Part shown: positions 36,898 through 46,083 of the stretch, piece by piece
Layout: every line of letters begins with the position of its first letter
How positions within the stretch are numbered: position 1 is the stretch's first letter
Source of the DNA: Bacteroidales bacterium
GTDB lineage: Bacteria > Bacteroidota > Bacteroidia > Bacteroidales > JAUNSR01
Assembly: GCA_036655355.1 (NCBI GenBank)
Contig: JAVVQG010000003.1
Location: forward strand, 43,821-107,820
Length of the DNA: 64,000 nucleotides
Reading direction: 5' to 3'
The notes under the pieces: generated by a model
The model's input: the letters and a program-made list of their open reading frames with translations, nothing else
Database searches by the model: none
What the model was told of the DNA's origin: nothing
Program-made: the position numbers and the translations under genes

Positions 36898-37458
36898 TTA
36901 TTTCTTGATCCAAGGGCTACCCAGCGGAAGAACCGTTTTACCCGCCAGCGGATTGATGATCTCTGCCGCCATCATATACCATGCGGCAAATGCACAAAGA
37001 ATCAAATCAATAGCTGCAATCGTCTTCATCCACGGGAAGAAGAAATGTTCCAACACCAAGAACGCGAATCCGGCGAACAACGTACCGAATGTAACGATCA
37101 TCGCGGTGTGGATTCTCAACGCTGCAATCAGCATGATTCCGGTGTAAAGCATGAACGCAAAGAGGAAGAATCCCACTTCGATTCCATTTGAAGCGTATAC
37201 GCCGTAGTGGTTACACAGCCAGATGATACACAAACCGATCCAGAAAGCTCCGTACGTTACGAAAGCGCTGTAACCGAAATTGTTACCGTTGGCTTTTTCC
37301 TGGAAACCGGCGATAAACTGCGCCAATCCGCCAAAGATGATACCCATCGCAAGCACCGGTCCCAAACCGATGAATCCAAGATTATGAAACTGTAATAATA
37401 AGGTGGTCAGACCAAACCCGGCAAGTCCTACAACAGCAGGATTTCCTTTTTTCTCCAT
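36898..37458 (-). CDS. Acetate/succinate uptake transporter family protein (GPR1/FUN34/YaaH, SatP-like)
   Basis: 186 aa with six TM helices. The N-terminal NPAVVGLAGFGLTTLLLQ matches the family signature NPAPLGL.GF..TT. Confidence 0.8.
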   Translation of the reverse strand: MEKKGNPAVVGLAGFGLTTLLLQFHNLGFIGLGPVLAMGIIFGGLAQFIAGFQEKANGNNFGYSAFVTYGAFWIGLCIIWLCNHYGVYASNGIEVGFFLFAFMLYTGIMLIAALRIHTAMIVTFGTLFAGFAFLVLEHFFFPWMKTIAAIDLILCAFAAWYMMAAEIINPLAGKTVLPLGSPWIKK

Positions 37459-37492
37459 TTAAGTAATTGTGATTGATTAAAAATAGTGTGCG

Positions 37493-37500
37493 CAAAGATA
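37493..37500 (-). promoter_or_regulatory. -7 box TATCTTTG for the satP-like gene
   Basis: Exact match on the minus strand, 35 nt upstream of the start at 37458. Confidence 0.5.
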
Positions 37501-37522
37501 GCACATCTACCGCAAAACACAA

Positions 37523-38338
37523 TTACTCCCTGATCTCAGCTTGGAGCGATCCGATCGGCAACTTACCCTCCACCTTAAGCGGCACACGCCTCCCGTCGTC
37601 ACTGAGCCACACGGAAATCGGGTCGTCGCTCTCTTTCAGGTTATTATCATTGATAAAGCTCAAATAAAGCTGTATACTTTCATATTGTTTCTTATTGCGA
37701 AGAGACACCTTCCCTTTTCCACGGTATTTCACATTCATTTTCACCACCTTACGACCCGTAAAGATCGGAATCTGAATACTCTCGTTGTAAATCATCTTAC
37801 TGAAGTCCACATTACGCAGAAAATAGAAAACAGTCAGCATGTCGAATCCCGGCCCCAACACTTTTACCGTTGTATCGCGTGGTTCGCGATTCTTGCGGTG
37901 AATGGTGGTTTTACCGTGGGTATGCTCTCCTTTATAATGGTATTTCAACTCATCCTTACCCCACCATTTCCCTTCGTTGGCTGTTTTCGAGTAATACAAC
38001 GGCGAGAGATCAAGCGTGGTGTAGGCATCGAGCGTATCGCGTACCTGCATGATTTTATCGGCAAAATTGAGCGTTTTACCATACAGGTTCATCCGGTAGG
38101 CCGGCTGCCCTTTGTAATCGGAAAAATTCACACAAAGCACCCCTTCTCCCGCTCTTTTCCAGATGATCCCCCAGTGATAGAAGATGTCATAATTGAGTTT
38201 TTCACCCGCCCGGAAAGGCACATCCGGCAGACTCGCCACGTTCAGTGCGGAAGACTGCATCAAATTCTTCTCTCCGGCAAACAGATGCGCCGAAGAAAAA
38301 GTGATCATCACAATAACAATGGAAAGCAGGATTTTCAT
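37523..38338 (-). CDS. DUF3108-like secreted protein
   Basis: 271 aa with a signal peptide. F.AGEKL.Y...Y.....AG and the C-terminal ISVWLSDD..R.P...EGKLP.GS..A match the DUF3108 pattern as I remember it. Confidence 0.5.
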   Translation of the reverse strand: MKILLSIVIVMITFSSAHLFAGEKNLMQSSALNVASLPDVPFRAGEKLNYDIFYHWGIIWKRAGEGVLCVNFSDYKGQPAYRMNLYGKTLNFADKIMQVRDTLDAYTTLDLSPLYYSKTANEGKWWGKDELKYHYKGEHTHGKTTIHRKNREPRDTTVKVLGPGFDMLTVFYFLRNVDFSKMIYNESIQIPIFTGRKVVKMNVKYRGKGKVSLRNKKQYESIQLYLSFINDNNLKESDDPISVWLSDDGRRVPLKVEGKLPIGSLQAEIRE

Positions 38339-38348
38339 ACGCCTTGAA

Positions 38349-40331
38349 TTATCGTTGAGTATTCGGAGAGAATGTCTGGGGACCCTGAGTACCGGTTACC
38401 TTACCTCCTCCAAAAGAATTACCCCCCCATTGCGAGTTGGCGTCATTCTGTTTTTGGGATTCCTCTCCGGCCGGTTTCTTCTCTTCCTTCGGTTTGTTTT
38501 TTGTGATGTCAAGCGGTTTTTGTTGGGTCAACGGTCGGTCGTAAAGATCCCATTCCTGCTTCACATCCCAATTGGCACGAAGTTCAAACGATCCGGGATA
38601 GTATCTCACCTCTTCCGGTTGCCGTTTTTCCTCATAATTACCGGTATCGAATTTACCATTTTCATTGGTATCTAACACAATTCGAGCGAAATATGTTCCA
38701 GGTTTAACATGGATAAATTTTGCTTGACCTTGTTTCACAATTGCCTTCATCACCGGCTTATCGCTTTTATCGAGTAACTCGACAAAGGCAGCGCCTTTCA
38801 CAGCGGGTACGCTCAACAACAGATTGGCATACTCCTCTACGGTTTTGAAGCGGATCGTTTTAGACAATCCCTTGTTGTGGGTTCCGTACAGACCGGTAAA
38901 GGCGGCGGAATCCACCGTCATCACATACTCCTCTCCCGGCAGGTATTTGGCGTTGAGATAAAACTCGCGCGGTTTCAGCGTATCCTGTACCAGTTGCGAC
39001 GGCTGAAGAATAAACACCGAATCCTTTTTCAGTTCCAGGTGAATACCCTGCGGATTGAACTCGGCGATCGGTTCATCAAAGATCAGACGCGGCTTGGCTC
39101 CGATCTCAGAAGAGACCTCCTCTTTCACAGGAAGGTATTGAATCTCGATCGAATCACTCTTGGCACGGTCGGCGTTCTTATCGTTCTTCTTCTCCTTTTT
39201 TTCTGATTTCTTGGAGGTTTTCATGAAGATGGCGAGGGTATCGCTTTTCGGCACGAGTTGATTCAGTGTGTCGGTATACATGTACCCGGCAATCAGATTA
39301 AGCGTATCGAGTTTATAAACCAACGAGTCTTTTATCCAGTAAGTTACGGTATCATTTCCCGGAGATTTCTCTACGAGAGCCCAATCCTGTTCGTCAAAGT
39401 TCAACCCTTTGATCGCAGGGAGCGAATCTTCAGGAGCACTGAAGTAAAACGTCACCTTGTTCTTCGTCAATCTTTCTGTTTTTTCAAGATAGACGTTCTT
39501 TTTATTCTCGTTGAATGAGAGCAACACCAGATCGTCCGGATAGAAATGCATCACTTCGGTCATTCGGGTGCTGTCTGCCTCTTCGTCGTCGGCGTGTGTG
39601 GTATCCGCATGTAATTTGATCTCGGCGTAAGGCGTTACGATGGAATCCAGATAGGCGATATCTTCTGAAGGAATATCGAACTTGTAGTTCGAGTTAGCGT
39701 CTTTCAATGCATATACGCGATAAGAACCCGGCGCCATGTTGCGTACGGTAAAGCGTCCCAACTCATTGGTCTTGGCGATACGCAGGAACGGCTTGGTCTG
39801 AAAAGCGGAATCTGCCAGATCGGACTGGATACCCACGTAGTTTCCGGTGATGGGTTCAAGGTTCTCGGCGTTAAGCAACGTCCCGGAAATCTGCAACGAA
39901 TCGATGTGATCACCCGTAGAAAACGAGAAAGCGAAGTCTTTCAGCGGATTACCTTCGTTGTTATCACGCACGGCATCGGCAAATTCAATGGTGTAGGTGG
40001 TATTCGGAATCAGCGAATCCTTCAGCTCTACGGTGAGTTTCTTCCCGTTGGAACTGATGATCGGCATCGTGGTTTGAGGAGGTGAAACCACCACCTTTTC
40101 CATCGTCTTTTCCAGTTTTATATTTTCGTTGAATTCAATCTGTATCTTGGTGGGGGATACGTTGGTCTGCCCGGGTACGGGAGTACTTTTCACATATACC
40201 GGAGGCTCTTCGTCTTTGGGACCTCCGCCCGGACGAGCCATATTTGCACATGAATAAAGCATTAGGGAAACACTCACCACCATCAAGAGGGTAAACAGGT
40301 GTAGAAGGAATGGCTTTTTACTAAATCTCAT
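38349..40331 (-). CDS. Lipoprotein with N-terminal SbsA/Big_5-type Ig-like domain, function unknown
   Basis: 660 aa. The lipobox YSC is followed by RPGGGPKDEEPP.Y, typical of this Bacteroidota family. The C-terminus is a basic/Gly-rich low-complexity tail. It lies 10 bp upstream of the DUF3108-like gene. Confidence 0.5.
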   Translation of the reverse strand: MRFSKKPFLLHLFTLLMVVSVSLMLYSCANMARPGGGPKDEEPPVYVKSTPVPGQTNVSPTKIQIEFNENIKLEKTMEKVVVSPPQTTMPIISSNGKKLTVELKDSLIPNTTYTIEFADAVRDNNEGNPLKDFAFSFSTGDHIDSLQISGTLLNAENLEPITGNYVGIQSDLADSAFQTKPFLRIAKTNELGRFTVRNMAPGSYRVYALKDANSNYKFDIPSEDIAYLDSIVTPYAEIKLHADTTHADDEEADSTRMTEVMHFYPDDLVLLSFNENKKNVYLEKTERLTKNKVTFYFSAPEDSLPAIKGLNFDEQDWALVEKSPGNDTVTYWIKDSLVYKLDTLNLIAGYMYTDTLNQLVPKSDTLAIFMKTSKKSEKKEKKNDKNADRAKSDSIEIQYLPVKEEVSSEIGAKPRLIFDEPIAEFNPQGIHLELKKDSVFILQPSQLVQDTLKPREFYLNAKYLPGEEYVMTVDSAAFTGLYGTHNKGLSKTIRFKTVEEYANLLLSVPAVKGAAFVELLDKSDKPVMKAIVKQGQAKFIHVKPGTYFARIVLDTNENGKFDTGNYEEKRQPEEVRYYPGSFELRANWDVKQEWDLYDRPLTQQKPLDITKNKPKEEKKPAGEESQKQNDANSQWGGNSFGGGKVTGTQGPQTFSPNTQR

Positions 40332-40591
40332 CTAAATACGGTCATTAATTTTCACAAAATCACTCCCGTTTCACGAACCTTCCGTTCGTTTTTAAGGAGC
40401 ATTCACATTACTATGAAATTGTAATACTTAAGGTTGTAAAGATAAGAAAAAGTATGAGTGCAATCCGACTCCACTTTCCATATTTCCGAGGAAAGGTTTT
40501 GAAACGTAAAAAAACAGGGGATAAAAACCCTCATTGCACAGATAAAAAGCAAATTAATATTACGTAATGCTACGATAATTGAAAAAAAATC

Positions 40592-40599
40592 TATATTTG
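40592..40599 (+). promoter_or_regulatory. -7 box TATATTTG upstream of secDF (long leader)
   Basis: Exact match. It implies a ~225-nt 5' UTR before the ATG at 40835. Confidence 0.4.
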
Positions 40600-40834
40600 C
40601 ACCTTAATAAAAAACGTGAAATCCCGATTATTATCTGTTGTAGAACTTTTCAAGCGCTCCTCTGAGGAGACCTAAAAGTGCGTAGATTCATTCCAAAGGA
40701 GAGATAATTGCGTTGTTTTTAACGCTTTCGTCTGTTCGGAACACCCAAGAAGTGAATGAAAAGATCAGTTTGTCGGATTACGTCACGAGATACAAATGAA
40801 TTTAATTAATCTAAAATCATAAAGTAGTAATAAG

Positions 40835-43822
40835 ATGCAAAACAAAGGATTTGTAAGAGTTTTTGCGATATTACTCACCCTGGTTTGTATTTTCTATCTT
40901 TCTTTCTCGGCTGTAACAAGTTATTACAACAAGAAAGCAGTAGAATACGCAGGTGGAGATGTCCTGAAACAGAATTATTATCTTGATTCTATCTCATCTG
41001 AGAAGGTTTGGTTGAGCTACACGTTCAAAGAAGCCCGCGAGATGCAGGTCGGATTGGGATTGGACCTTAAAGGTGGTATGAACGTGATCCTTGAGATCTC
41101 GGTCGCTGATGTGTTAAAGTCTTTGTCGGACAACAATCCGGACGAAAACTTCAACAAAGCGTTGGCAGCAGCCACCAAACGTCAGAACACAAGTAATCAG
41201 GACTACATGACTTTGTTCATGGAGGAATTCAAGAAATTGGATCCGAACGCTCGCCTGTCTGCTATCTTCAGCACATTCCAGCTGAAAGACAAGATCAACC
41301 CGAACAGTACGAACGAAGAGGTTCTTCGCGTATTGAAACAGGAATCAGACGATGCGATCAGCAACTCATTCAACGTGTTGCGTACGCGTATCGACCGTTT
41401 CGGGGTAGTTGCTCCGAACATCCAGAAATTGGATAAAGACGGACGTATCCTTGTGGAACTTCCGGGCGTGAAAGAACCTGCCCGTGTGCGCAAACTTCTT
41501 CAGGGAAGCGCGAACCTTGAGTTCTGGGAAACGTACGAACTTACTGAGATCTACCAGAACCTGGTAGCGGCGAATCAGGTGATCGCAGCACAGCAGAAAG
41601 CGCTTGCTCCTGCAGAAGAGGCGAAAACAGACGCTGAAGCTACTCAGTTGGTAAACGAAGAAGACAGCATCGTTACTTCTACCGATTCGTTGGCGAATGA
41701 AATCGCTGCGATCAAAGGTGCCGACGAAGCGCTTCAGGATCAGAAAGCATTTGAAAAAGAATATCCTCTTTTCGCGAAACTATCGATCAATCAGTACAAC
41801 GGACAGATCGCTCCCGGTTCCGTAGTGGGCTATGCAGCTTATCCGGATACGGCGGCTATCAACGCGATGCTGAACATGAAACAGGTTCGCGACCTGCTTC
41901 CACGTAACCTGCAACTTCGCTGGTCTGTGAAAGCGGTTGACGAAAAAGAGCAGTTCTATCAGCTGTATGCATTGAAACAGACAGGCCGCAACGGTCGTCC
42001 CGCCCTTGAAGGCGACGTGATCGTTGATGCGCGCGAAGACTTCCAGCAGAACACCAACGCATTTGAGATCAGCATGTCGATGAATGCGGAAGGTGCTAAA
42101 GTTTGGGCTCGTCTGACTAAAGAAAATATCGGCAAACAGGTAGCCATCGTCCTTGACGACGTGGTTTACTCGGCTCCACGCGTTAACTCTGAAATCACCG
42201 GCGGACGTTCGTCTATCACCGGAGACTTCTCTGCAGAGGAGGCGAAAGACTTGGCAAACGTATTGAAATCAGGTAAGATGGCGGCGAAAGTGCGCATCGT
42301 ACAGGAAGACGTTGTTGGTCCGTCACTTGGTAAAGAGGCGATCTCAAACGGTTTGATTTCATTCGTTGTGGCGCTTGTATTGTTGTTCACGTACATGATG
42401 GCTATCTACGGATTGGTTCCGGGTATGATCGCCAACCTCGCGTTGATCATGAACTTGTTCTTCACGATGGGTATCCTTTCTTCATTCCACGCGGTACTGA
42501 CGCTTTCGGGAATCGCCGGTTTGGTGCTTTCACTGGGCGTTGCCGTGGATGCGAACGTATTGATTTACGAACGTGCGAAAGAGGAACTCCGTTCAGGTAA
42601 AAATATCAAGAAAGCTGTTGCGGATGCATACTCAAACGCATTCTCGGCAATCTTCGATGCCAATGTAACTTCATTGATCACAGGTATCATCCTGTTCATG
42701 TTCGGTACGGGTCCAATCAAAGGGTTCGCAACCACATTGATGATCGGTATCGTTACTTCATTCTTTACAGCGGTATTCCTAAGCCGTTTGATCCTGGAGC
42801 GCGGTCTTGAGAAAGGTTGGTTCAGCAATATCACCTTCACAACAGGCCTAAGCAAGAACATCCTTGTGAAACCGAACTTCGATTTCCTTGGAAACCGTAA
42901 AAAAGGATACATCTTCTCAGGTGTAATGATCCTGATCTGTATCGCATCTTTCTTTATACGTGGCTTGAACCAGGGTATCGAGTTTACAGGTGGTCGTAAC
43001 TACATCGTTCGTTTCGACGAGCCGGTTAAGACCGGTGAGATCCGCAATAGCCTTGAGGGTGCTTTCTCCGGAAGTTCTTTGAGCGTTATCACGATCGGTG
43101 GCGACAACCAGGTACGTATCTCAACCAACTACAAAGTGGCTGACGATTCAGAAAACGTAGACAACGAAATCATCAACCTAATCTATAAAGGGGTTCAGAA
43201 CGAACTTCCACAGGGTACTACAGAAACTCAGTTTGCAGAAAACAACATCATGAGTTTCCAGAAAGTGGGACCGGCCATTGCCGACGATATCAAAACCAGC
43301 GCGATCTGGGCGGTATTGTTCGCGATGCTTGCAATGGGTGCTTACATCCTGATCCGTTTCCGCGACATCGCGTTCTCGGTAGGTACGATCGCTTCGGTAG
43401 TACACGATACAATCATCATCATCGGGGTTTACTCGCTTGCATGGGGCTTGCTTCCGTTCTCTATGGAGATCGACCAGGCATTCATCGCCGCGATCCTAAC
43501 CGTGATCGGTTACTCCGTGAATGACACCGTGGTAATTTTCGACCGTATCCGTGAGGTGACGGGCATCTACCCGAACCGCGATAAGAAAGAGGTGGATAAT
43601 GAAGCGTTGAACTCAACCCTTGCGCGTACATTCAGTACATCGCTTTCTACAGCGATCGTGTTGTTGTGTATCTTCGTATTGGGTGGCGATACGATCAGAA
43701 GCTTTACCTTCGCAATGCTTGTGGGTGTTGTATTGGGTACTTACTCTACATTGTTTATTGCCGTACCGTTCGCTTACGAACTTGTATCTAAGAAAAAGGC
43801 GAAATTAGCAGCGTCTAAATAA
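40835..43822 (+). CDS. secDF: Protein translocase subunit SecDF (fused)
   Basis: 995 aa. It has an N-terminal TM helix, a large periplasmic P1 domain, and two 6-TM SecD/SecF halves (LSGIAGLVLSLGVAVDANVLIYER, VNDTVVIFDRIRE). Confidence 0.92.
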   Translation: MQNKGFVRVFAILLTLVCIFYLSFSAVTSYYNKKAVEYAGGDVLKQNYYLDSISSEKVWLSYTFKEAREMQVGLGLDLKGGMNVILEISVADVLKSLSDNNPDENFNKALAAATKRQNTSNQDYMTLFMEEFKKLDPNARLSAIFSTFQLKDKINPNSTNEEVLRVLKQESDDAISNSFNVLRTRIDRFGVVAPNIQKLDKDGRILVELPGVKEPARVRKLLQGSANLEFWETYELTEIYQNLVAANQVIAAQQKALAPAEEAKTDAEATQLVNEEDSIVTSTDSLANEIAAIKGADEALQDQKAFEKEYPLFAKLSINQYNGQIAPGSVVGYAAYPDTAAINAMLNMKQVRDLLPRNLQLRWSVKAVDEKEQFYQLYALKQTGRNGRPALEGDVIVDAREDFQQNTNAFEISMSMNAEGAKVWARLTKENIGKQVAIVLDDVVYSAPRVNSEITGGRSSITGDFSAEEAKDLANVLKSGKMAAKVRIVQEDVVGPSLGKEAISNGLISFVVALVLLFTYMMAIYGLVPGMIANLALIMNLFFTMGILSSFHAVLTLSGIAGLVLSLGVAVDANVLIYERAKEELRSGKNIKKAVADAYSNAFSAIFDANVTSLITGIILFMFGTGPIKGFATTLMIGIVTSFFTAVFLSRLILERGLEKGWFSNITFTTGLSKNILVKPNFDFLGNRKKGYIFSGVMILICIASFFIRGLNQGIEFTGGRNYIVRFDEPVKTGEIRNSLEGAFSGSSLSVITIGGDNQVRISTNYKVADDSENVDNEIINLIYKGVQNELPQGTTETQFAENNIMSFQKVGPAIADDIKTSAIWAVLFAMLAMGAYILIRFRDIAFSVGTIASVVHDTIIIIGVYSLAWGLLPFSMEIDQAFIAAILTVIGYSVNDTVVIFDRIREVTGIYPNRDKKEVDNEALNSTLARTFSTSLSTAIVLLCIFVLGGDTIRSFTFAMLVGVVLGTYSTLFIAVPFAYELVSKKKAKLAASK

Positions 43823-43844
43823 CCTTTTCACTGAAATATCAAAA

Positions 43845-43876
43845 GGCTGTTCCGGAATCCGGAACAGCCTTTTTTT
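43845..43876 (+). terminator. Intrinsic terminator after secDF
   Basis: ggctgttccgg (43845-43855) pairs with ccggaacagcc (43859-43869), followed by a T7 run. Confidence 0.85.
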
Positions 43877-43920
43877 GTTAGGGGAAGATGAAACAGCTTC
43901 TTCGAAATTACAACGGAAAA

Positions 43921-43955
43921 GGGCTTCTCAAAACTGAATTTGAGAAGCCCTTTTT
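43921..43955. terminator. Perfect 12-bp hairpin, probable terminator for tRNA-Arg (minus strand) and second plus-strand terminator
   Basis: gggcttctcaaa (43921-43932) pairs with tttgagaagccc (43939-43950). A T5 run follows on the plus strand, and a T4 run follows the hairpin on the minus strand. Confidence 0.65.
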
Positions 43956-43964
43956 ACGTTATCG

Positions 43965-44036
43965 TACCCTCGCCGGGAATCGAACCCGAATCTAAAGTTT
44001 AGGAAACTTTTGTTCTATCCATTGAACTACAAAGGC
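43965..44036 (-). tRNA. tRNA-Arg (anticodon CCU)
   Basis: Hand-folded 72-nt cloverleaf: GCCTTTG-TA-GTTC-AATGGATA-GAAC-A-AAAGT-TTCCTAA-ACTTT-AGAT-TCGGG-TTCGATT-CCCGG-CGAGGGT-A. U8, A14, GG and TTCGATT are present, and the anticodon stem is perfect. The acceptor stem has three G-U pairs. No CCA is encoded. Confidence 0.8.
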
Positions 44037-44051
44037 AATTGTTAATGACCA

Positions 44052-44059
44052 CAAAAATA
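44052..44059 (-). promoter_or_regulatory. -7 box TATTTTTG for tRNA-Arg
   Basis: Exact match on the minus strand, 16 nt upstream of the tRNA 5' end. Confidence 0.5.
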
Positions 44060-44130
44060 GTATAAATTCGCCGATTGCACAAAAGAAGGGTGTGAATAAT
44101 GTCACTACTTCTCCAAAGAGCGTTCCCCCC

Positions 44131-44856
44131 TTACCCAAAGAGCGATTTAAGAATCTCGAGCGATTTGATCTCTTTCAGATCAGGGAGATGCAATCTGAAA
44201 TAGGCAACCAGCACATCCAGGATAAATCCGCGCTGTTCGCGGTTCAAACCGAAAGAGGCAAGATCGCCGTATTCAAGAAGGAGCACAGCGTGGAGCAATG
44301 TAGCTTGTGTCGGTTCCAGATAGTAAGGATGGTCAGCCGCACGAGGTGTAAAGCTACCCTCCGCCATATCGAACCGGTAACCGGGCGAATACGACTCCCG
44401 ATGGATACGGAATCCCAGAAACTCCGAGATCTTCAGCAGAAAAACCAGATGGAAATTAGCCTTCCCCTCCTCCAGTAGGTCGTACAGGTTCACGGAATCC
44501 ACAATAAAGTGGTAAAGCGGCAGGTTCTGCTCCTGTTCTCGCACAGTACGACTGAGCGCTTCGGCTAGAAAAAGCACCACGGCGTTTTTCACCGGATCGA
44601 AAGGGATCGACGTATGCGGTGAAAGTACCCGGGCTTCCGCTATTTTCTGAATCTCACGGGTAGGAAGATGCTCTACGTCGAGTTCCAGGATGGAGAATGG
44701 AGCGAAAAGCGAACGACTCAGTCGCCCCCGTTTTCCCTTGACGTTGGGCAACGAATAGGTGACGCGTCCGAATTTTTCCGTATAAATATGAACAAAGGAA
44801 CTCTTATCGTTGTATGCAATTACAGACAAAACGATGCCATTGGTTTTTTCACGCAT
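44131..44856 (-). CDS. recO: DNA repair protein RecO
   Basis: It has an N-terminal OB-fold-like segment (GIVLSVIAYNDKSSFVHIYTEKFGRVTY) and RecO-like length. The start is set at Met17 of the track ORF (44904), because a -7 box for this gene lies at 44878-44885, inside the longer ORF. Confidence 0.65.
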   Translation of the reverse strand: MREKTNGIVLSVIAYNDKSSFVHIYTEKFGRVTYSLPNVKGKRGRLSRSLFAPFSILELDVEHLPTREIQKIAEARVLSPHTSIPFDPVKNAVVLFLAEALSRTVREQEQNLPLYHFIVDSVNLYDLLEEGKANFHLVFLLKISEFLGFRIHRESYSPGYRFDMAEGSFTPRAADHPYYLEPTQATLLHAVLLLEYGDLASFGLNREQRGFILDVLVAYFRLHLPDLKEIKSLEILKSLFG

Positions 44857-44864
44857 AATCTGTG

Positions 44865-44872
44865 TATCTTTG
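44865..44872 (+). promoter_or_regulatory. -7 box TATCTTTG for the DUF2721-like gene
   Basis: Exact match 25 nt upstream of the ATG at 44898. Confidence 0.45.
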
Positions 44873-44877
44873 TCGAA

Positions 44878-44885
44878 CAAAGTTA
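44878..44885 (-). promoter_or_regulatory. -7 box TAACTTTG for recO
   Basis: Exact match on the minus strand, 21 nt upstream of the ATG at 44856. It sits back-to-back with the plus-strand box. Confidence 0.45.
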
Positions 44886-44897
44886 TAGAATTTCTTG

Positions 44898-45302
44898 ATG
44901 ACAATGGAAGAATTAACCCTCACAACGCCGTCGCTTCTGTTTTCGGCGGTATCGCTTATCATGCTGGCCTACACCAACCGTTTCATATCCTATGCTCAGT
45001 TGGTTCGTAACCTAGCGGAAGATTACGAGGAACACCCGTCGAAAGAGTTGGTGGACCAGATCCGCAATTTGCGCAGAAGACTCTATCTGATCCGTTTGAT
45101 GCAGGTACTCGGCATCGTGAGTCTGTTTTTATGCGTGGGCACCATGTTCTTATTATACATTGGATTGCAGACGGTGGCGGTGTATCTTTTCGGACTCGGA
45201 ATGTTCTCTCTGATCGCTTCGCTTGGTGTTTCGATTCAGGAGATAACCATCTCGGTAAAAGCACTCGAGATCCGATTAAACAAGATTGAGAAGGGCAAAT
45301 AA
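44898..45302 (+). CDS. DUF2721-like small membrane protein
   Basis: About 134 aa. It has an N-terminal TM helix (PSLLFSAVSLIMLAYTNRF), a central amphipathic segment and two C-terminal TM helices. The family name is from memory. Confidence 0.5.
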   Translation: MTMEELTLTTPSLLFSAVSLIMLAYTNRFISYAQLVRNLAEDYEEHPSKELVDQIRNLRRRLYLIRLMQVLGIVSLFLCVGTMFLLYIGLQTVAVYLFGLGMFSLIASLGVSIQEITISVKALEIRLNKIEKGK

Positions 45303-45426
45303 TAAATTGATTTAATTATTAAAACTCTTTTCAAAACAACCTTTAACAAAAAGGCTCACAAAAAGAAAAAACACACTTTCTGCGATTTTTTTTGTGCATT
45401 TGTTTGGTCATTTCGGAAAGTGCTTC

Positions 45427-45434
45427 TATATTTG
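45427..45434 (+). promoter_or_regulatory. -7 box TATATTTG for the tRNA-Glu/rpsT transcription unit
   Basis: Exact match 58 nt upstream of the first tRNA-Glu. The leader contains a gggaa..gtgttt/aaacac..ttccc hairpin. Confidence 0.5.
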
Positions 45435-45492
45435 CACTCGCAATCGGGAAACAAGGTGTTTACAGAACAAACACTTCCCGTAAGCGGATAAC

Positions 45493-45564
45493 GGTCCATT
45501 CGTCTATCGGTTAGGACGCCAGATTTTCATTCTGGAAAGAGGGGTTCGATTCCCCTATGGACTA
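45493..45564 (+). tRNA. tRNA-Glu (anticodon UUC), copy 1
   Basis: 72-nt cloverleaf: GGTCCAT-TC-GTCT-ATCGGTTA-GGAC-G-CCAGA-TTTTCAT-TCTGG-AAAG-AGGGG-TTCGATT-CCCCT-ATGGACT-A. Confidence 0.92.
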
Positions 45565-45597
45565 CGAATAACAAAAAAATTAAATAGATTAGTCGAG

Positions 45598-45852
45598 ATG
45601 GCAAATCATAAATCATCAATCAAAAGAATCAGACAGACGCATACCAAAAATCTGCGCAACAGATATTATGGTAAAACTACCCGTAATGCGGTACGTAAAT
45701 TGCGTGCAATCACTAACAAAGAGGAAGCGGTAACACTTTACTCTACAGTAAGCGGTATGTTGGATAAACTTGCTAAAAAGAACGTTATCCACAAAAACAA
45801 AGCGAACAACTTGAAATCTAAGTTGGCTTTGCATATCAACAAATTGGCTTAA
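45598..45852 (+). CDS. rpsT: 30S ribosomal protein S20
   Basis: 84 aa. [13 protein letters not shown]... is the canonical S20 N-terminus. Confidence 0.95.
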   Translation: MANHKSSIKRIRQTHTKNLRNRYYGKTTRNAVRKLRAITNKEEAVTLYSTVSGMLDKLAKKNVIHKNKANNLKSKLALHINKLA

Positions 45853-45867
45853 TAACGTCATATCTTC

Positions 45868-45939
45868 GGTCCATTCGTCTATCGGTTAGGACGCCAGATT
45901 TTCATTCTGGAAAGAGGGGTTCGATTCCCCTATGGACTA
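45868..45939 (+). tRNA. tRNA-Glu (anticodon UUC), copy 2
   Basis: Identical in sequence to copy 1 over all 72 nt. Confidence 0.92.
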
Positions 45940-45948
45940 CGAAAGAGC

Positions 45949-45984
45949 CGTCATACTACAAAACATGTGTGACGACTTTTTTTT
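45949..45984 (+). terminator. Weak intrinsic terminator after tRNA-Glu copy 2
   Basis: An 8-bp stem, cgtcatac (45949-45956) with gtgtgacg (45967-45974), including one G-U pair. It is followed by 'ac' and a T8 run. Confidence 0.5.
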
Positions 45985-46005
45985 GACGGCAACGCCAGAC
46001 CACAT

Positions 46006-46077
46006 GGTCCCTTCGTCTATCGGTTAGGACGCCAGATTTTCATTCTGGAAAGAGGGGTTCGATTCCCCTAGGGACTA
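46006..46077 (+). tRNA. tRNA-Glu (anticodon UUC), copy 3
   Basis: Same as copies 1 and 2 except for a compensatory acceptor-stem change, A6:U67 to C6:G67 (GGTCCCT...AGGGACT). Confidence 0.92.
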
Positions 46078-46083
46078 CAAAAA

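Noticed and set aside
40454-40567. 37-codon ORF (MSAIRLHFPYFRGKVLKRKK...) upstream of secDF
   Set aside because: It lies upstream of the only consensus promoter box in the gap. Its composition is basic low-complexity sequence typical of random AT-rich ORFs.
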